From positions 37,704 through 101,703 of the forward strand of contig CANNHN010000005.1 in NCBI GenBank assembly GCA_947504725.1: 64,000 nt of DNA. The letters are read 5' to 3'. The translations under genes and the position numbers were made by a program. Below, in pieces: positions 29,890 to 40,900 of the stretch. Numbering within the stretch: the stretch's first letter is position 1; every line of letters starts with the position of its first letter. Below the pieces are notes generated by a model, which had not been told where the DNA came from, did not search any database, and saw nothing but the letters and a program-made list of their open reading frames with translations. Source of the stretch: Bacteroidota bacterium. Lineage in GTDB: Bacteria > Bacteroidota > Bacteroidia > 2-12-FULL-35-15.

Positions 29890-29982
29890 TTTTTTTTTGT
29901 TAGCGGTGTGTTTTAATCATAAAAATGAGGAAATTTTGTTTTAAATTGCTATTTTAGTGAAAAATTATTCAAATTATCTAGA

Positions 29983-31518
29983 ATGGCAATCATTGGTTCG
30001 GTAATAAAGCGATCGTTTGAATTAAGAGAAAGATTACCCAAAATTCGTAAGAAAGACGGGTATAAACAACAAACGAAAGTATTAAAGAAATTGTTAGCTA
30101 AAGCTGAGTTTACAGCATTTGGAGAACATTATAATTTTTCGAAAATATTAGGGGAATATGATGTGATTACTGCTTTTCAACAAACAGTGAAAACGCATGA
30201 TTACAACTCAATTTTCAAAGAATGGTGGCATCGAGCAAAAGATGGAGAAGCCAATGTTTGTTGGCCCAAAAAAATAAAATACTTCGCTTTAAGCTCGGGC
30301 ACATCTGAGTCGTCAAGCAAATACATTCCAGTTACAGCCGACATGCTGAAAGTGATTCAGAAAGTAGGTTTACGTCAAATGATTTCGCAAGTACATTATG
30401 GTTTACCTAAAGAACATTTTGAAAGAGGCGTTTTGATGGTAGGAGGAACAACTAATTTAAAATTCAACGGCAGCTATTATGAAGGTGATTTAAGTGGAAT
30501 TACTACTGGCACGCTACCATTTTACGTGCAAGGATATAATAAACCAGGAAGAGTCATAACAAAAGAACGCAATTGGGAAGATCGGCTTGAAGAAATTACC
30601 AAAAAAGCTAAAGAGTGGGATATAGGTATTATTGCTGGTGTTCCTGCTTGGATACAAATTTTATTTGAAAAAATAATTGCGTTTTATAAGGTAGAGACCA
30701 TTCATGATATTTGGCCCAATTTGAATGTATACATTCATGGAGGCGTTTCATTTGCACCCTACAAAAAAGGTTTTGAAAAATTACTTGAGAGGCCAATTAT
30801 TTACATCGATACTTATTTAGCATCTGAAGGATATATCGCATTTCAAAACAGACAAGAATCCGATTCGATGAAAATCATGTTGGACAATGGTTTGTTTTAT
30901 GAATTTGTTCCCTTTAACGAAAAGAATTTTGACGAAGATGGAAATATGGTTGCAAACCCATTAATCTATCACATTGATCAAGTAAAAGAAGGAGAAGAGT
31001 ATGCGTTGCTATTAAGCACCTGTTCAGGAGCTTGGCGTTATTTGATTGGTGACGTTATTAAATTTACTTCTTTGGAAAAAGATGAAATTGTAATTACTGG
31101 AAGAACAAAACATTTTTTGAGTTTGTGTGGAGAACATCTTTCTTTAGATAATATGAATCGTGCCATTGAACTTGTTTCTGCTGAATTGAATATTGACATT
31201 AAAGAATTTGCTGTTGCAGGGATAAACTACAATACGATGTTTGCGCATCATTGGTTTATAGGTACAGACGATGCTGTTGATCCAAAAGTTTTACGTAAAA
31301 GGATTGATGAGACGTTGATGGAGCTGAATGATGATTACAAAGTGGAAAGAATTTCGGCTTTAAAAGATGTAATTGTTGATATTTTTCCATCACATGTTTT
31401 TTACGATTATATGAAAATCAAAGGCAAAGTAGGATCATCGCATAAATTCCCTCGAGTTTTAAAAAAGAATCAGTTGCTTGAGTGGGAGTCGTATTTGAAA
31501 ATGAAAAACAAAGGATGA
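29983..31518 (+). CDS. GH3 family acyl-acid amido synthetase-like protein
   Basis: LSSGTSESSSKYIP, YLASEG, WRYLIGD, TGRTK.FLSLCGE motifs. Confidence 0.92.
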   Translation: MAIIGSVIKRSFELRERLPKIRKKDGYKQQTKVLKKLLAKAEFTAFGEHYNFSKILGEYDVITAFQQTVKTHDYNSIFKEWWHRAKDGEANVCWPKKIKYFALSSGTSESSSKYIPVTADMLKVIQKVGLRQMISQVHYGLPKEHFERGVLMVGGTTNLKFNGSYYEGDLSGITTGTLPFYVQGYNKPGRVITKERNWEDRLEEITKKAKEWDIGIIAGVPAWIQILFEKIIAFYKVETIHDIWPNLNVYIHGGVSFAPYKKGFEKLLERPIIYIDTYLASEGYIAFQNRQESDSMKIMLDNGLFYEFVPFNEKNFDEDGNMVANPLIYHIDQVKEGEEYALLLSTCSGAWRYLIGDVIKFTSLEKDEIVITGRTKHFLSLCGEHLSLDNMNRAIELVSAELNIDIKEFAVAGINYNTMFAHHWFIGTDDAVDPKVLRKRIDETLMELNDDYKVERISALKDVIVDIFPSHVFYDYMKIKGKVGSSHKFPRVLKKNQLLEWESYLKMKNKG

Positions 31519-32132
31519 TTTTAAAAGCCATTTTATCGGGATTGACACTCGGATTAGCACTTGCTTTGTCCTTGGGGCCCTCGTTTTTTGCGCTTATTCA
31601 AACAAGTACTAAGCGTGGATTTCGTCCTGCATTTTGGTTGGCCTTCGGTATTTTTTTAAGTGATATTCTTTGTGTGTTTTTAGCCTATTTCGGAGTTGCT
31701 CAGTTTTTAGATAGTCCTCAAAATAAAATTTATGTTGGATTGATAGGAGGGACAGTTCTTGTTATGTTTGGATTTTTTAGTGTGTTCCAGCGCAAGAAAG
31801 TTGAATCAGCTAACTTGGAAGTGAAAGCTGTAAGTATGCCAGTTTACGTTACAAAAGGTTTTTTTCTTAATTTATTAAACCCTGTAGTTATTGGTTTGTG
31901 GATGGCTTGTGTAGTTACGGTAAGTTCAAATAAGGATTATACTTTTATTCATATCCTTTTGTTTTTCATCGTTTCATTAACTACCGTTTTTTTTACAGAT
32001 GTGCTGAAAGCATATTCAGCAAACAAAATAAGTAAATTTTTAAGTGAAAAAGTATTGAGAATTATTAGCATCATTGCCGGAATAATTTTAATGCTTTCCG
32101 GAGTAATAATGATTTATAAAGTATTTGCTTAG
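31515..32132 (+). CDS. LysE family translocator
   Basis: L..SLGPSFFALIQTS.KRGF, GIFLSD, KGFFLNLLNP; ATG overlaps the GH3 stop (ATGA). Confidence 0.88.
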   Translation: MILKAILSGLTLGLALALSLGPSFFALIQTSTKRGFRPAFWLAFGIFLSDILCVFLAYFGVAQFLDSPQNKIYVGLIGGTVLVMFGFFSVFQRKKVESANLEVKAVSMPVYVTKGFFLNLLNPVVIGLWMACVVTVSSNKDYTFIHILLFFIVSLTTVFFTDVLKAYSANKISKFLSEKVLRIISIIAGIILMLSGVIMIYKVFA

Positions 32133-32181
32133 CCTCATCCGACCTTTGTTTGCCTTGTCTTAAGTGGAAAAGGACTATTCG

Positions 32182-32595
32182 TTATTTCTCTAAAATAGTT
32201 TTTATATTCGGTTTGAAATATAAATTGCTTTTTAATATTTTTCCATCTTCTCTAAAAATAGGTTCTCCATTTTCATCCAATTTACTCATGTTACTTCGTT
32301 GGATTTCGTCAAACACTTCTTCTATTTTATGTTGCAATCCATGACGCAAAATGGTTCCAAATAAAATGTATAATTGATCTCCCAAAGCATCGGCAATCTC
32401 TACCAAATCATTGTTTTTGCATGCTTCTAAATACTCTTCGTTTTCTTCTTTGATAAGATTATAACGCAATGTGTATTCATTTTCACCAACTTCAGCAGTG
32501 GGAGTATATCTATTTCCGATTTTAAAAGTATCGTGAAATATTTCAACATATCTGATTTTATGAATAAGAGTTCCTGTTGTTTCTTTGGTTTCCAT
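32182..32595 (-). CDS. MazG-like/all-alpha NTP pyrophosphohydrolase (dUTPase-like)
   Basis: LRYNLIKEE.EEY, EIADALGD.LY, V..SNMSKL, DGKILK...Y.KP. Confidence 0.88.
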   Translation of the reverse strand: METKETTGTLIHKIRYVEIFHDTFKIGNRYTPTAEVGENEYTLRYNLIKEENEEYLEACKNNDLVEIADALGDQLYILFGTILRHGLQHKIEEVFDEIQRSNMSKLDENGEPIFREDGKILKSNLYFKPNIKTILEK

Positions 32596-32609
32596 TGTTT
32601 ATTTTTTTT

Positions 32610-32649
32610 TAAATCTGCACATCAGTAAATTGGTAAATCTGCACATTAA
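32610..32649. repeat. Degenerate octamer tandem array
   Basis: TAAATCTG CACATCAG TAAATTGG TAAATCTG CACATTAA; contains a 13-bp direct repeat at 24-bp period. Confidence 0.55.
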
Positions 32650-32650
32650 T

Positions 32651-33289
32651 TTACTTCTTTTTCTTCGCTCTATACTGCGAATTAATTCCATCTAAAATGT
32701 CAGCGGTAATATCCAAACTTGGGTCAGCCAGTAAAACCGGACTTAATGGTCCTTCACTATAAGTTAATACATAATTGTAGTTCCCAACTTTATTGTATTC
32801 AATAATATAATCGGATAAGTTTTTACGAGCTTCTTCTGTTCTTGCTTGGATTTTTTCACCCAATGCTTCTGATTTCATTTGCAGCTGATCTAATTCCTCT
32901 TTTCTTTTTGCAAATTTTTCTTGTTCTCCTTGAATTTGATTGTCGGACAATAATCCACCTTGTGCTTTTTGTTCAAATGCCATATAATCTTGTTGCAATT
33001 TTTCGCCTTTCGATTGATATTGTGTTTGTAACGAATTTTGTTCTGCTTGAGCAGATGCACTTACGTCTTTCAAAAAGTCGTAGCCTTCACTCAAAACGTC
33101 CAAGTTCACAAATACAATTTTCGAAGCTTTAATATCAGTAGGGGCTTTCACTATAGGTTTTTCTACTGCTGTAGAATCATTTACAACAGCCAGTTCGGCA
33201 CTTGATGGATTCGAAAAATGTAAAAAATACAAGATGGCTACTGCTATCACTAATATGATATTTAGAACGCCAGAAAAAGTTTGATTCAT
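32651..33289 (-). CDS. ompH: OmpH/Skp family periplasmic chaperone
   Basis: N-terminal TM, KIVFVNLDVL...Y, long coiled coil, YNYVL, DIT..IL.G.N; -7 box TATCTTTG at 33312-33319. Confidence 0.85.
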   Translation of the reverse strand: MNQTFSGVLNIILVIAVAILYFLHFSNPSSAELAVVNDSTAVEKPIVKAPTDIKASKIVFVNLDVLSEGYDFLKDVSASAQAEQNSLQTQYQSKGEKLQQDYMAFEQKAQGGLLSDNQIQGEQEKFAKRKEELDQLQMKSEALGEKIQARTEEARKNLSDYIIEYNKVGNYNYVLTYSEGPLSPVLLADPSLDITADILDGINSQYRAKKKK

Positions 33290-33323
33290 AGTGTTTGATT
33301 TAATTTGTATTCAAAGATAAAAT

Positions 33324-33354
33324 AAAAAACGTCCTCCAGTACTGAAGGACGTTT
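33324..33354 (-). terminator. Terminator after ahpC
   Basis: AAACGTCCTCCAG/CTGAAGGACGTTT stem with an A-tract on the plus strand (U-tract on minus). Confidence 0.75.
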
Positions 33355-33380
33355 CTGTTCTTATTAAAAAATGTTAACAA

Positions 33381-34010
33381 CTATTTTTTAGACAAATAGC
33401 TAGCAACACCATCGTGTGTCGCTTTCATAGCTGTTTCACCTTTCACCCAGTTAGCTGGACAAACTTCTCCGTTTTCTTCGTTGAATTGTAATGCATCTAC
33501 CATACGAATTGCTTCATCTACATTACGTCCAAGAGGCAAATCGTTTATCAATTGATGACGAACAACTCCTTTTTTATCGATTAAATACAAACCACGGAAA
33601 GCAATCATTGGTCCAGTTGCAATCAATGCATTGTTTTCATCTACTTCATATTCTCCAAATAAAACATCAAAGTTCATAGAGATTGTTTTTGTAGTATCTG
33701 CAACAATAGGGTATTTTACTCCTTGGATTCCGCCTTGTGCTTTTGGCATTTGCAACCAACCCCAGTGTGATTGTTCTGTATCCGTAGAGCACGCTACAAC
33801 TGCAACATTTCGCGATTCGAATTCAGCAATTTTTTCTTGAAAAGCGTGTAATTCTGTTGGACAAACAAATGTGAAATCTTTTGGATAGAAAAAGAAAATC
33901 ACGTGTTTTTTGCCGATATATTGTTCTAATGAGAAGTCTGCTACAATTTCTCCTCCATTAATTACCGCTTTCGCTTTAAATAAAGGCGCCTTTTTTCCTA
34001 CTAATGCCAT
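33381..34010 (-). CDS. ahpC: Typical 2-Cys peroxiredoxin
   Basis: FYPKDFTFVCPTE, GRNVDE..R...ALQ, GEVCPANW. Confidence 0.95.
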   Translation of the reverse strand: MALVGKKAPLFKAKAVINGGEIVADFSLEQYIGKKHVIFFFYPKDFTFVCPTELHAFQEKIAEFESRNVAVVACSTDTEQSHWGWLQMPKAQGGIQGVKYPIVADTTKTISMNFDVLFGEYEVDENNALIATGPMIAFRGLYLIDKKGVVRHQLINDLPLGRNVDEAIRMVDALQFNEENGEVCPANWVKGETAMKATHDGVASYLSKK

Positions 34011-34062
34011 TTTTTATATATTTTTTAGGTTTAACAAAATTTTTCGCCACGAATTTACGAAA

Positions 34063-34105
34063 ATAGGTGCTTCAAATTTCATTTATAGGAGAAACAATTT
34101 ACTAT
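34063..34105. promoter_or_regulatory. Possible OxyR-like site between the divergent peroxiredoxin genes
   Basis: ATAG at 34063 and 34085 (22-bp spacing as in the OxyR consensus); intervening CTAT positions only partly matched. Confidence 0.3.
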
Positions 34106-34136
34106 CTTTATTGTTCATCTAAAAATACAACTAATT

Positions 34137-34601
34137 ATAAAAATTGAAGTAGGACAAAAAGCACCAGCGTTTACACTCTTGGATAGTGATAAAAATGAAG
34201 TTTCATTGGAACAATATAAAGGAAAGAATGTATTGTTATTGTTTTTTCCATTTGCATTTACGGGAACGTGCACAGCAGAGTTGTGTTCAACTCGAGACGA
34301 TATCGCTTCTTATAACAACTCGAATGCACAAGTATTCGGTATTTCTATTGATACACGTTTTACTTTGGGTAAATTCAAAGCAGAGCAAAATCTGAACTTC
34401 CCTTTGCTTTCTGATTTCAATAAAGGCGTTTCAACTGCTTATGGCTGTTTGTACGAAACGTTTTTAGGAATGAATGGAGTTTCAAAACGCTCTGCATTTG
34501 TAATTGATAAAGACGGGATTGTACGTTACGCTGAGATTTTAGATAATGCTTCTGACCTTCCAAATTTTGTTGCTGTTAAGGAAGTATTAGCAGGATTGTA
34601 G
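34137..34601 (+). CDS. 1-Cys/AhpE-like peroxiredoxin, apparently starting at ATA
   Basis: FFPFAFTGTCTAELC; frame extends upstream as ATA-KIEVGQKAPAFTL from 34137, with in-frame TAG at 34086 and no ATG/GTG/TTG before 34179. Confidence 0.85.
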   Translation: MKIEVGQKAPAFTLLDSDKNEVSLEQYKGKNVLLLFFPFAFTGTCTAELCSTRDDIASYNNSNAQVFGISIDTRFTLGKFKAEQNLNFPLLSDFNKGVSTAYGCLYETFLGMNGVSKRSAFVIDKDGIVRYAEILDNASDLPNFVAVKEVLAGL

Positions 34602-34635
34602 ACCTCACCCCTAACCCCTCTCCAAAGGAGAGGGG
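34601..34635. repeat. REP-like palindrome, CCCTCTCC/GGAGAGGG class
   Basis: GACCTCACCCCTAACCCCTCTCCAAAGGAGAGGGG; near-identical inverted copy at 54726-54757. Confidence 0.8.
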
Positions 34636-34769
34636 TATTTCTCCTTAATTGTGATTTGTTTTTATAATCATGATAATAACTTCTAACTTCTGATTAGTAG
34701 TCACAAAAGTTGTGAAACGGACAACATAAATATTACTTTCAATTTTATTGCGAAGGGAATTCTTCACCA

Positions 34770-34806
34770 GAGGGGTAGGTGTCCGCCCAGGCGGACGGAT
34801 GGGGTA
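34770..34806. repeat. GC-rich REP-like hairpin
   Basis: GAGGGGTAGGT-GTCCGCC-CA-GGCGGAC-GGATGGGGTA in otherwise AT-rich DNA. Confidence 0.55.
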
Positions 34807-34807
34807 A

Positions 34808-35524
34808 TTACATCAACATAATCGCTGTACCAGCACCCAATAAAATCATCACAAATTTTATGAGGTTGAAACGGTGATTTTCACTTGATTCGAAAAGGAT
34901 GGTGGTGGAGATGTGTAAGAAAATACCTACTACCACCGCCATTATTTTATCGAAGTAAATTGATAAATCCAAAATCATGTTTTGTCCGATGGCGTAACTG
35001 ATGAATGTTCCCAAAGGAGTAACCAGCGCAAAAACGACAAGCCATATTACTGCATTTCTTTTGCTAATATGAGATGCCAATAACATCGTCATTAATGCCA
35101 CTGCAATTGGAATGTTGTGCATTACAATGCCAATTAGTAAAGAGTTGTGTGAGTTGGCTTCTGTAGCTGCCAAAGGCATGCCTTCTAAAAACGAGTGAAT
35201 GGAAAGACCAATCATCATCGCGAAAGGAAATGCATTCTGATGATGATCGTGTTTGTGCACATGAATATGTCCGTGCTCAATTCCCTCTGAGAAAAACTCC
35301 AACAAAATCTGAGCAAAAAATCCAATTAAAATGTAGATGCCGACATTCTCTGTTCCAGACGAATAGATTTCGGGAATAAGATGCAAAACGCTTATCGCGA
35401 AAAGGAATGCTCCACTAAAAGAAAGTAAAAGTTTTAAATTTTTACTACTAATGTTAATGAATAGCACACTCACTCCGCTAATGATAACAGATAAAAAAAG
35501 AATGATGTACATTAAATAATTCAT
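34808..35524 (-). CDS. ZIP family metal transporter
   Basis: LHLIPE, His-rich loop HGHIHVHKHDHH, HSFLEGMP, HNIP, GIFLHI. Confidence 0.92.
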   Translation of the reverse strand: MNYLMYIILFLSVIISGVSVLFINISSKNLKLLLSFSGAFLFAISVLHLIPEIYSSGTENVGIYILIGFFAQILLEFFSEGIEHGHIHVHKHDHHQNAFPFAMMIGLSIHSFLEGMPLAATEANSHNSLLIGIVMHNIPIAVALMTMLLASHISKRNAVIWLVVFALVTPLGTFISYAIGQNMILDLSIYFDKIMAVVVGIFLHISTTILFESSENHRFNLIKFVMILLGAGTAIMLM

Positions 35525-35530
35525 AGTGTT

Positions 35531-36274
35531 TTAATCTTTTCTAGCAATTATAATCAACCTCTCCGAACTCTTCTCATCAAACTCCTCCAGCTTATAATTT
35601 CCCCGCAAATGTACTATTTTAAGTTTATTTGCTTCAAAGTATTTCTCAAAATCATTCAGTATTAGTGCTTTTACGCACTCTTCAAATTGATATGCTTTCC
35701 CTTTATCTTTAAACTGAATTTTTTTTACGATAAAATTATCTTCAACCGTTTTGCTGATTTTAAATTCAATTCCATCAATAATTTTTTCTTCCTGGTAAGC
35801 AAGATTTGAAATCGCCTTTTTCGAATTCATAAAGTCGAGCACAAAAAATCCTCCTGGCTTCAATGCTTTGCATGCTGCATTTACAACTGCTTGGTCATCT
35901 CGTTCTTGCTCAAAATATCCGAAGCTTGTAAACAGATTTACAACCATATCAAAATAATTTGTGCGAAATAGTTTTCGCATATCGTGTGTGTAAAAATGTA
36001 GTGTTTCGTTTTCTGAAGTCTTTGCAGAAGTAATGCTTTTTTCGGAAAGATCAATTCCTGTTACATCAAATCCTTTTTTGTTGAGGTAAATCGAATGTCG
36101 ACCTTTTCCACAACCTAAATCTAAAAAACGGTTTGTTTTTTCTGGTTTCAGCAATTGAATTAGATTATCAATAAATAATTCAGCTTCCGAAAAATCTCTG
36201 TTTTTATACAAAATATGATAGTAAGGCGAGTCGAACCAGCATTCAAACCATTCAGGATGTTTATTTTTCGACAT
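35531..36274 (-). CDS. Class I SAM-dependent methyltransferase
   Basis: WFDSPYYHILY, LDLGCGKGRH, NLFTSFGYF. Confidence 0.92.
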   Translation of the reverse strand: MSKNKHPEWFECWFDSPYYHILYKNRDFSEAELFIDNLIQLLKPEKTNRFLDLGCGKGRHSIYLNKKGFDVTGIDLSEKSITSAKTSENETLHFYTHDMRKLFRTNYFDMVVNLFTSFGYFEQERDDQAVVNAACKALKPGGFFVLDFMNSKKAISNLAYQEEKIIDGIEFKISKTVEDNFIVKKIQFKDKGKAYQFEECVKALILNDFEKYFEANKLKIVHLRGNYKLEEFDEKSSERLIIIARKD

Positions 36275-36347
36275 TTTAGGAATATTTGTACAAAAATAGA
36301 AATTATTAGTCCCAATTGATTAAATTTGGCAATAGTAACTAAACATT

Positions 36348-37751
36348 ATGGCAAAAATCAATCAAATTACTTCCGTTGATTGGCAAACCGAACTAAGAGC
36401 TGCAGCTTTAAAGTATCATTTACTTATTGCTTGGGTGGCTGTAGGCTTGAATCCTATTTGGGCGATTGGTGACTATTTCAACAGCCCTTTTCATTTTATC
36501 GATTTCCTGATTTTTAGATTAGTAGTATCCTTCGTCACGCTAGTTGTTGTATTGTCTAAAGAAAAGCTTAGGAATCATACTGAATACATTGCTTTTATTC
36601 CTTTTGTTGGAATTTCTATTCAAAACGCATACATGTTTAGCGTTATGAATGTGGATGAATTACAAAAACATACATTCGCATATATAGCATTGTTTATTGG
36701 AGCTGGAATGTTTGTATTGTGGCGCCCGATATACTCAATAATGATCGTTGTTATATCTCTTTTAGCAAATGTTGTTTGTTTTTGGTTATTTGGACATTTA
36801 GCAATAGGGGATGTTTTGATTAATGGTGGTATGCTAACTTTATCAGTTGCATTGTTTACCATTTTGCTAATTTATACACGTACGAATCTTACCAAAAAAG
36901 AAATTATTGCCCGTCTGGCTTTGGCCGAATCCAATAATCTATTGGAGATTAAAAACGAAATTATTGAAGAAAAAAATAAAGACATCCGAGATAGTATTAA
37001 CTATGCGCAACGGATACAACAAGCAATTCTTCCTGCTGCCGAAAAAATAGATGCGGTTTTAAAAGATTATTTTATTTTATTTAAACCGAAGGATATTGTG
37101 AGTGGCGATTTTTATTGGCATACAGTTATAAATACAACTCCCCAAGATGGAACTCCATCGGAAAATATTGTAGTGATGGCAGCCGTAGATTGTACTGGAC
37201 ATGGTGTTCCTGGGGCGTTGATGAGTATTATTGGAAGTACCATCTTAAACCAAACGACTACTGCTGCAGCCGTAAATTCTCCTGCTGATGCACTTGGATT
37301 TTTGAATAAAGAAATCACCAAAACATTAAATTCGATAAAAGATGGAATGGACATGGCTTTGTGTGCAATCAATTTTGAAAAATTAGAATTGCAATACGCT
37401 GGTGCAAATAATCCATTATACATTGTGCGTCAAAAGCAATTTATAGAAGTAAAACCAGATAAGCTAGCGATTGGTGCAGATACAGAGGATTCTGCTGTGA
37501 AAGTGTTCACCAACCATTTAATCAAATTAGAAAAAGGAGATTCTGTCTATTTATTTACGGATGGTTATGCTGATCAGTTTGGTGGTCCGAATGGAAAAAA
37601 ATTCAAGTACAAAAAATTCCAAGAGTTATTAATTGAGATGCAAGATAATACGATGGAAGAACAAAAACACATTTTAAATTACCACCACGAATTGTGGAGA
37701 GGGACATTGGAACAAGTGGATGATATACTTGTAATTGGGATAAGAATTTGA
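36348..37751 (+). CDS. Membrane-bound PP2C (SpoIIE-type) Ser/Thr phosphatase
   Basis: About 6 TM helices, then SINYAQRIQ, KPKDIVSGDFYW, DCTGHGVPGA, DGMD, FTDGYADQFGG, DDILVIG; -7 box TAAATTTG at 36321-36328. Confidence 0.93.
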   Translation: MAKINQITSVDWQTELRAAALKYHLLIAWVAVGLNPIWAIGDYFNSPFHFIDFLIFRLVVSFVTLVVVLSKEKLRNHTEYIAFIPFVGISIQNAYMFSVMNVDELQKHTFAYIALFIGAGMFVLWRPIYSIMIVVISLLANVVCFWLFGHLAIGDVLINGGMLTLSVALFTILLIYTRTNLTKKEIIARLALAESNNLLEIKNEIIEEKNKDIRDSINYAQRIQQAILPAAEKIDAVLKDYFILFKPKDIVSGDFYWHTVINTTPQDGTPSENIVVMAAVDCTGHGVPGALMSIIGSTILNQTTTAAAVNSPADALGFLNKEITKTLNSIKDGMDMALCAINFEKLELQYAGANNPLYIVRQKQFIEVKPDKLAIGADTEDSAVKVFTNHLIKLEKGDSVYLFTDGYADQFGGPNGKKFKYKKFQELLIEMQDNTMEEQKHILNYHHELWRGTLEQVDDILVIGIRI

Positions 37752-37916
37752 CAGGTTATAAAGTATTTAGAGTAAAAAGAAAGAGAAGCGTTTTATTTAA
37801 TATAGATACTACCTCACATCTAATCACTCGTTTCCCAATCGCATGTCTATCCATACTACTCAATCTCGTAGTTGCTTTTCCCAAAATTTTATATCTTTAC
37901 TTCCAAATAATCGGTT

Positions 37917-40900
37917 TTGAATAAATTTTACTCTAAATATTTATATTCCTTATTCGTTATAACACTTTTTTTTGGTGTTGTAAATTCTGTACATTCCCAA
38001 GAATTTAAATTCACTCACATCACTTCAGAGCAAGGCCTTTCTATGGGTGTTGTTAATTGTGTTTTGCAAGATAGTAGAGGTTTTATGTGGTTTGGTACTC
38101 AAGATGGATTGAATAAATATGATGGTTATAACATCACTGTATATAAGAATAACCAAATTGATTCCAATTCTCTTTCCAATAATTTTATCAATACTTTATA
38201 CGAAACTAAAAACGGTGAACTTATTATTGGAACCAATGGTGGTGGATTTGATGTTTACAATTTAAGTTCGGGAAAGTTTACACATCACATCGGTTTACAA
38301 AGCAATAAAAATAGTCTCAGCAATAACAATGTAAAATCCATTTTAGAAGATAAAGAAGGGTTGTTGTGGATTGGTACAGATGATGGATTGAATTCGTATA
38401 ATCAAAAAACAAAAAGATTCACCCGTTATCTTAATGACAATAAAAATGCAAATTCTATTTCTAATAACAATGCCTGGTGTTTGTTGGAAGCAACTGATGG
38501 TAAGTTGTGGATTGGTACGTATGGCGGAGGATTAAATTCTTTTGATAAGCGAACAGGGAAGTTTGAACATTTTAATCAGTTTAACAATTCAGGTAGTTTA
38601 TTGTATGAAAACATTAATCTAATTAGAACGATTTATGAAGATAAAGAAGGAATGTTTTGGATTGGAACTTTCGGTGAAGGCGTTCAGATTTTTGATCCGC
38701 ATTCAGGAAAATTTATCAAAAATATTAGAAATTCAGAATCGGATCCCAATTCATTAAGCAACGATAGAGTCTTGAGCATTAATGAAGATATGAATGGAAT
38801 CTTGTGGATTGCAACATATGGTGATGGAATAAATTTATACAATAAAAAAACGGGTAGATTCAGAAGCATTTTACATGATGAAAAAATTCTTACAGGTTTA
38901 AGTAGTAATCAGATAAAATGTATTTACCATGATAAAGTAGGTTCGGTTTGGATTGGAACAGAAGGTGGCGGAGTAAATGCTCATTTTAGAGCATCTAGCA
39001 AGTTTAAGTTTTTTACGAATCATTCAGGATCAGCAGAAGGCTTAAAAAGTAATATCGTTTATGCATTACTAGAAGACAGGGATGGTCTTTTGTGGATTGG
39101 AACAGGTAGGGGGGGCTTGTCAACCCTCGACAGAGAGACGAATACCTATCAACATTATCCTCAATTATCCAAAGGTGCAAATGAATCAATTCTTTCTTTG
39201 TGCGAAGATTCAGATGGGATTATATGGGTTGGGACATGGGGGAATGGCTTGTACTCATATAATAAAAAAACAAAAGAAATTATTTCTTATCCCGAATTTA
39301 AAGAAGTAAATGCTGGGACTATCGTTTCTGTTTTTGAAGATGCAAATGGTAACATTTGGGTAGGAACATATGGAGCAGGGGTGTTTTTTTACAATAAAGC
39401 GAGTACCAATTTCACTAAGTATGATAGTAGTAATGGGCTAAGCATTAATAATATTTATAATATATATCAGGATAGTAAAAAAAATATTTGGATTGCTACT
39501 GATGGTGGAGGAGTTGTTAAATATAATTCTGAATCAAATGTTTTTAAAACGTATAATCGAGATGAAATGCTCAATAGTATTAGTTCAAATTCCGTTAATT
39601 GTTCTTATGAAGACAAAGAAGGAAATATGTGGTTTGGGACAACGAATGGGTTGAATAAGCTAGATGTGAAAACTGGAAAATTCGAAGCGTATTTTGAAAA
39701 AGATGGTTTGCCGAATGATTTTATTTATTCATTGCTTCCTGATAGCAAAGGTAATTTATGGATGAGCACTAACAAAGGTGTTTCAAAGTATAATCCTAAA
39801 ATAAAAAATGAAAACGGTGCTGCTTTTAGAAATTATGATGTGAATGATGGTTTGCAAGGATTAGAGTTTAATCAAGGGGCTTATCATCAATGTGAAGATG
39901 GGGAAATATTTTTAGGAGGAGTAAATGGATTCAATGTTTTTTACCCAGATAAAATCCAAGACAATCCCAATGTTCCTCAAATACATATTATTTCCTATAA
40001 ACGTTTTGGTAAAGAAGTGCTTTTGGATACTTTAATTTATGATAAACAATATTTAGAACTAACGTATAAACAGAATTTTTTCTCATTTGATTTTGTTGCA
40101 TTGGATTATCAAATGCCTGGAAAAAACAAATACTCCTACATGTTGGTAGGCGTTGATGAAGATTGGTCGCCACCAAGTACACAGCGTTACGCAAGTTACA
40201 CTGAATTGAGTGGAGGTGATTACATTTTGCGAGTACGTGGAGCAAATAATGATGGGACATGGAACAATGAAGGAGTCACACTTCACATTCGTATTAATCC
40301 CCCATTTTGGAAAACGAAATGGTTTTACACACTTTGTGTTGTTTTAGTCATTGGTGGATTTTGGGGTTTCTTGAAATACAGAACAAGTTCGATTAAGCGC
40401 GAAAATAAAATTCTTGAAGAAAAAGTTGAAGAACGAACGCAAGAATTAGCTCAAAAAAACAAGGATATTACCAGCAGTATTCAGTACGCTAAACGAATTC
40501 AATTGGCTATTTTGCCTCCTTTGGAACAGATTTTCAAACATTTCCCAGAATCGTTTGTGTTATATAAACCTAAGGATATTGTGAGTGGAGACTTTTATTG
40601 GTTTGGAGTGAAAGATGGTAAGAAGATAATTGCAGCGGTTGATTGCACTGGTCACGGTGTTCCAGGTGCATTTATGAGTATGATCGGGCATAACTTGTTG
40701 AATCAAATTATTAGCGAAAATGGCATTACTCAGCCCGATGAAATTTTGAATGCCTTGCACCGAGGGGTTCAAGCAGCCTTAAAACAAGGAACAAATGTGG
40801 TGGATACGAGTGATGGAATGGATGTAGCGATTTGTTGTATTGATACCGCAAACAATGAATTGAAGTATGCAGGTGCTTATCGACCTTTATTTATTGTAAA

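Noticed and set aside
32133-32175. CCTCATCCGACC...GGAAAAGG as another REP
   Set aside because: Too degenerate to pair or align with confidence
37752-37916. Pyrimidine-rich quasi-repeats between the two PP2C genes
   Set aside because: No consistent period or inverted partner could be defined
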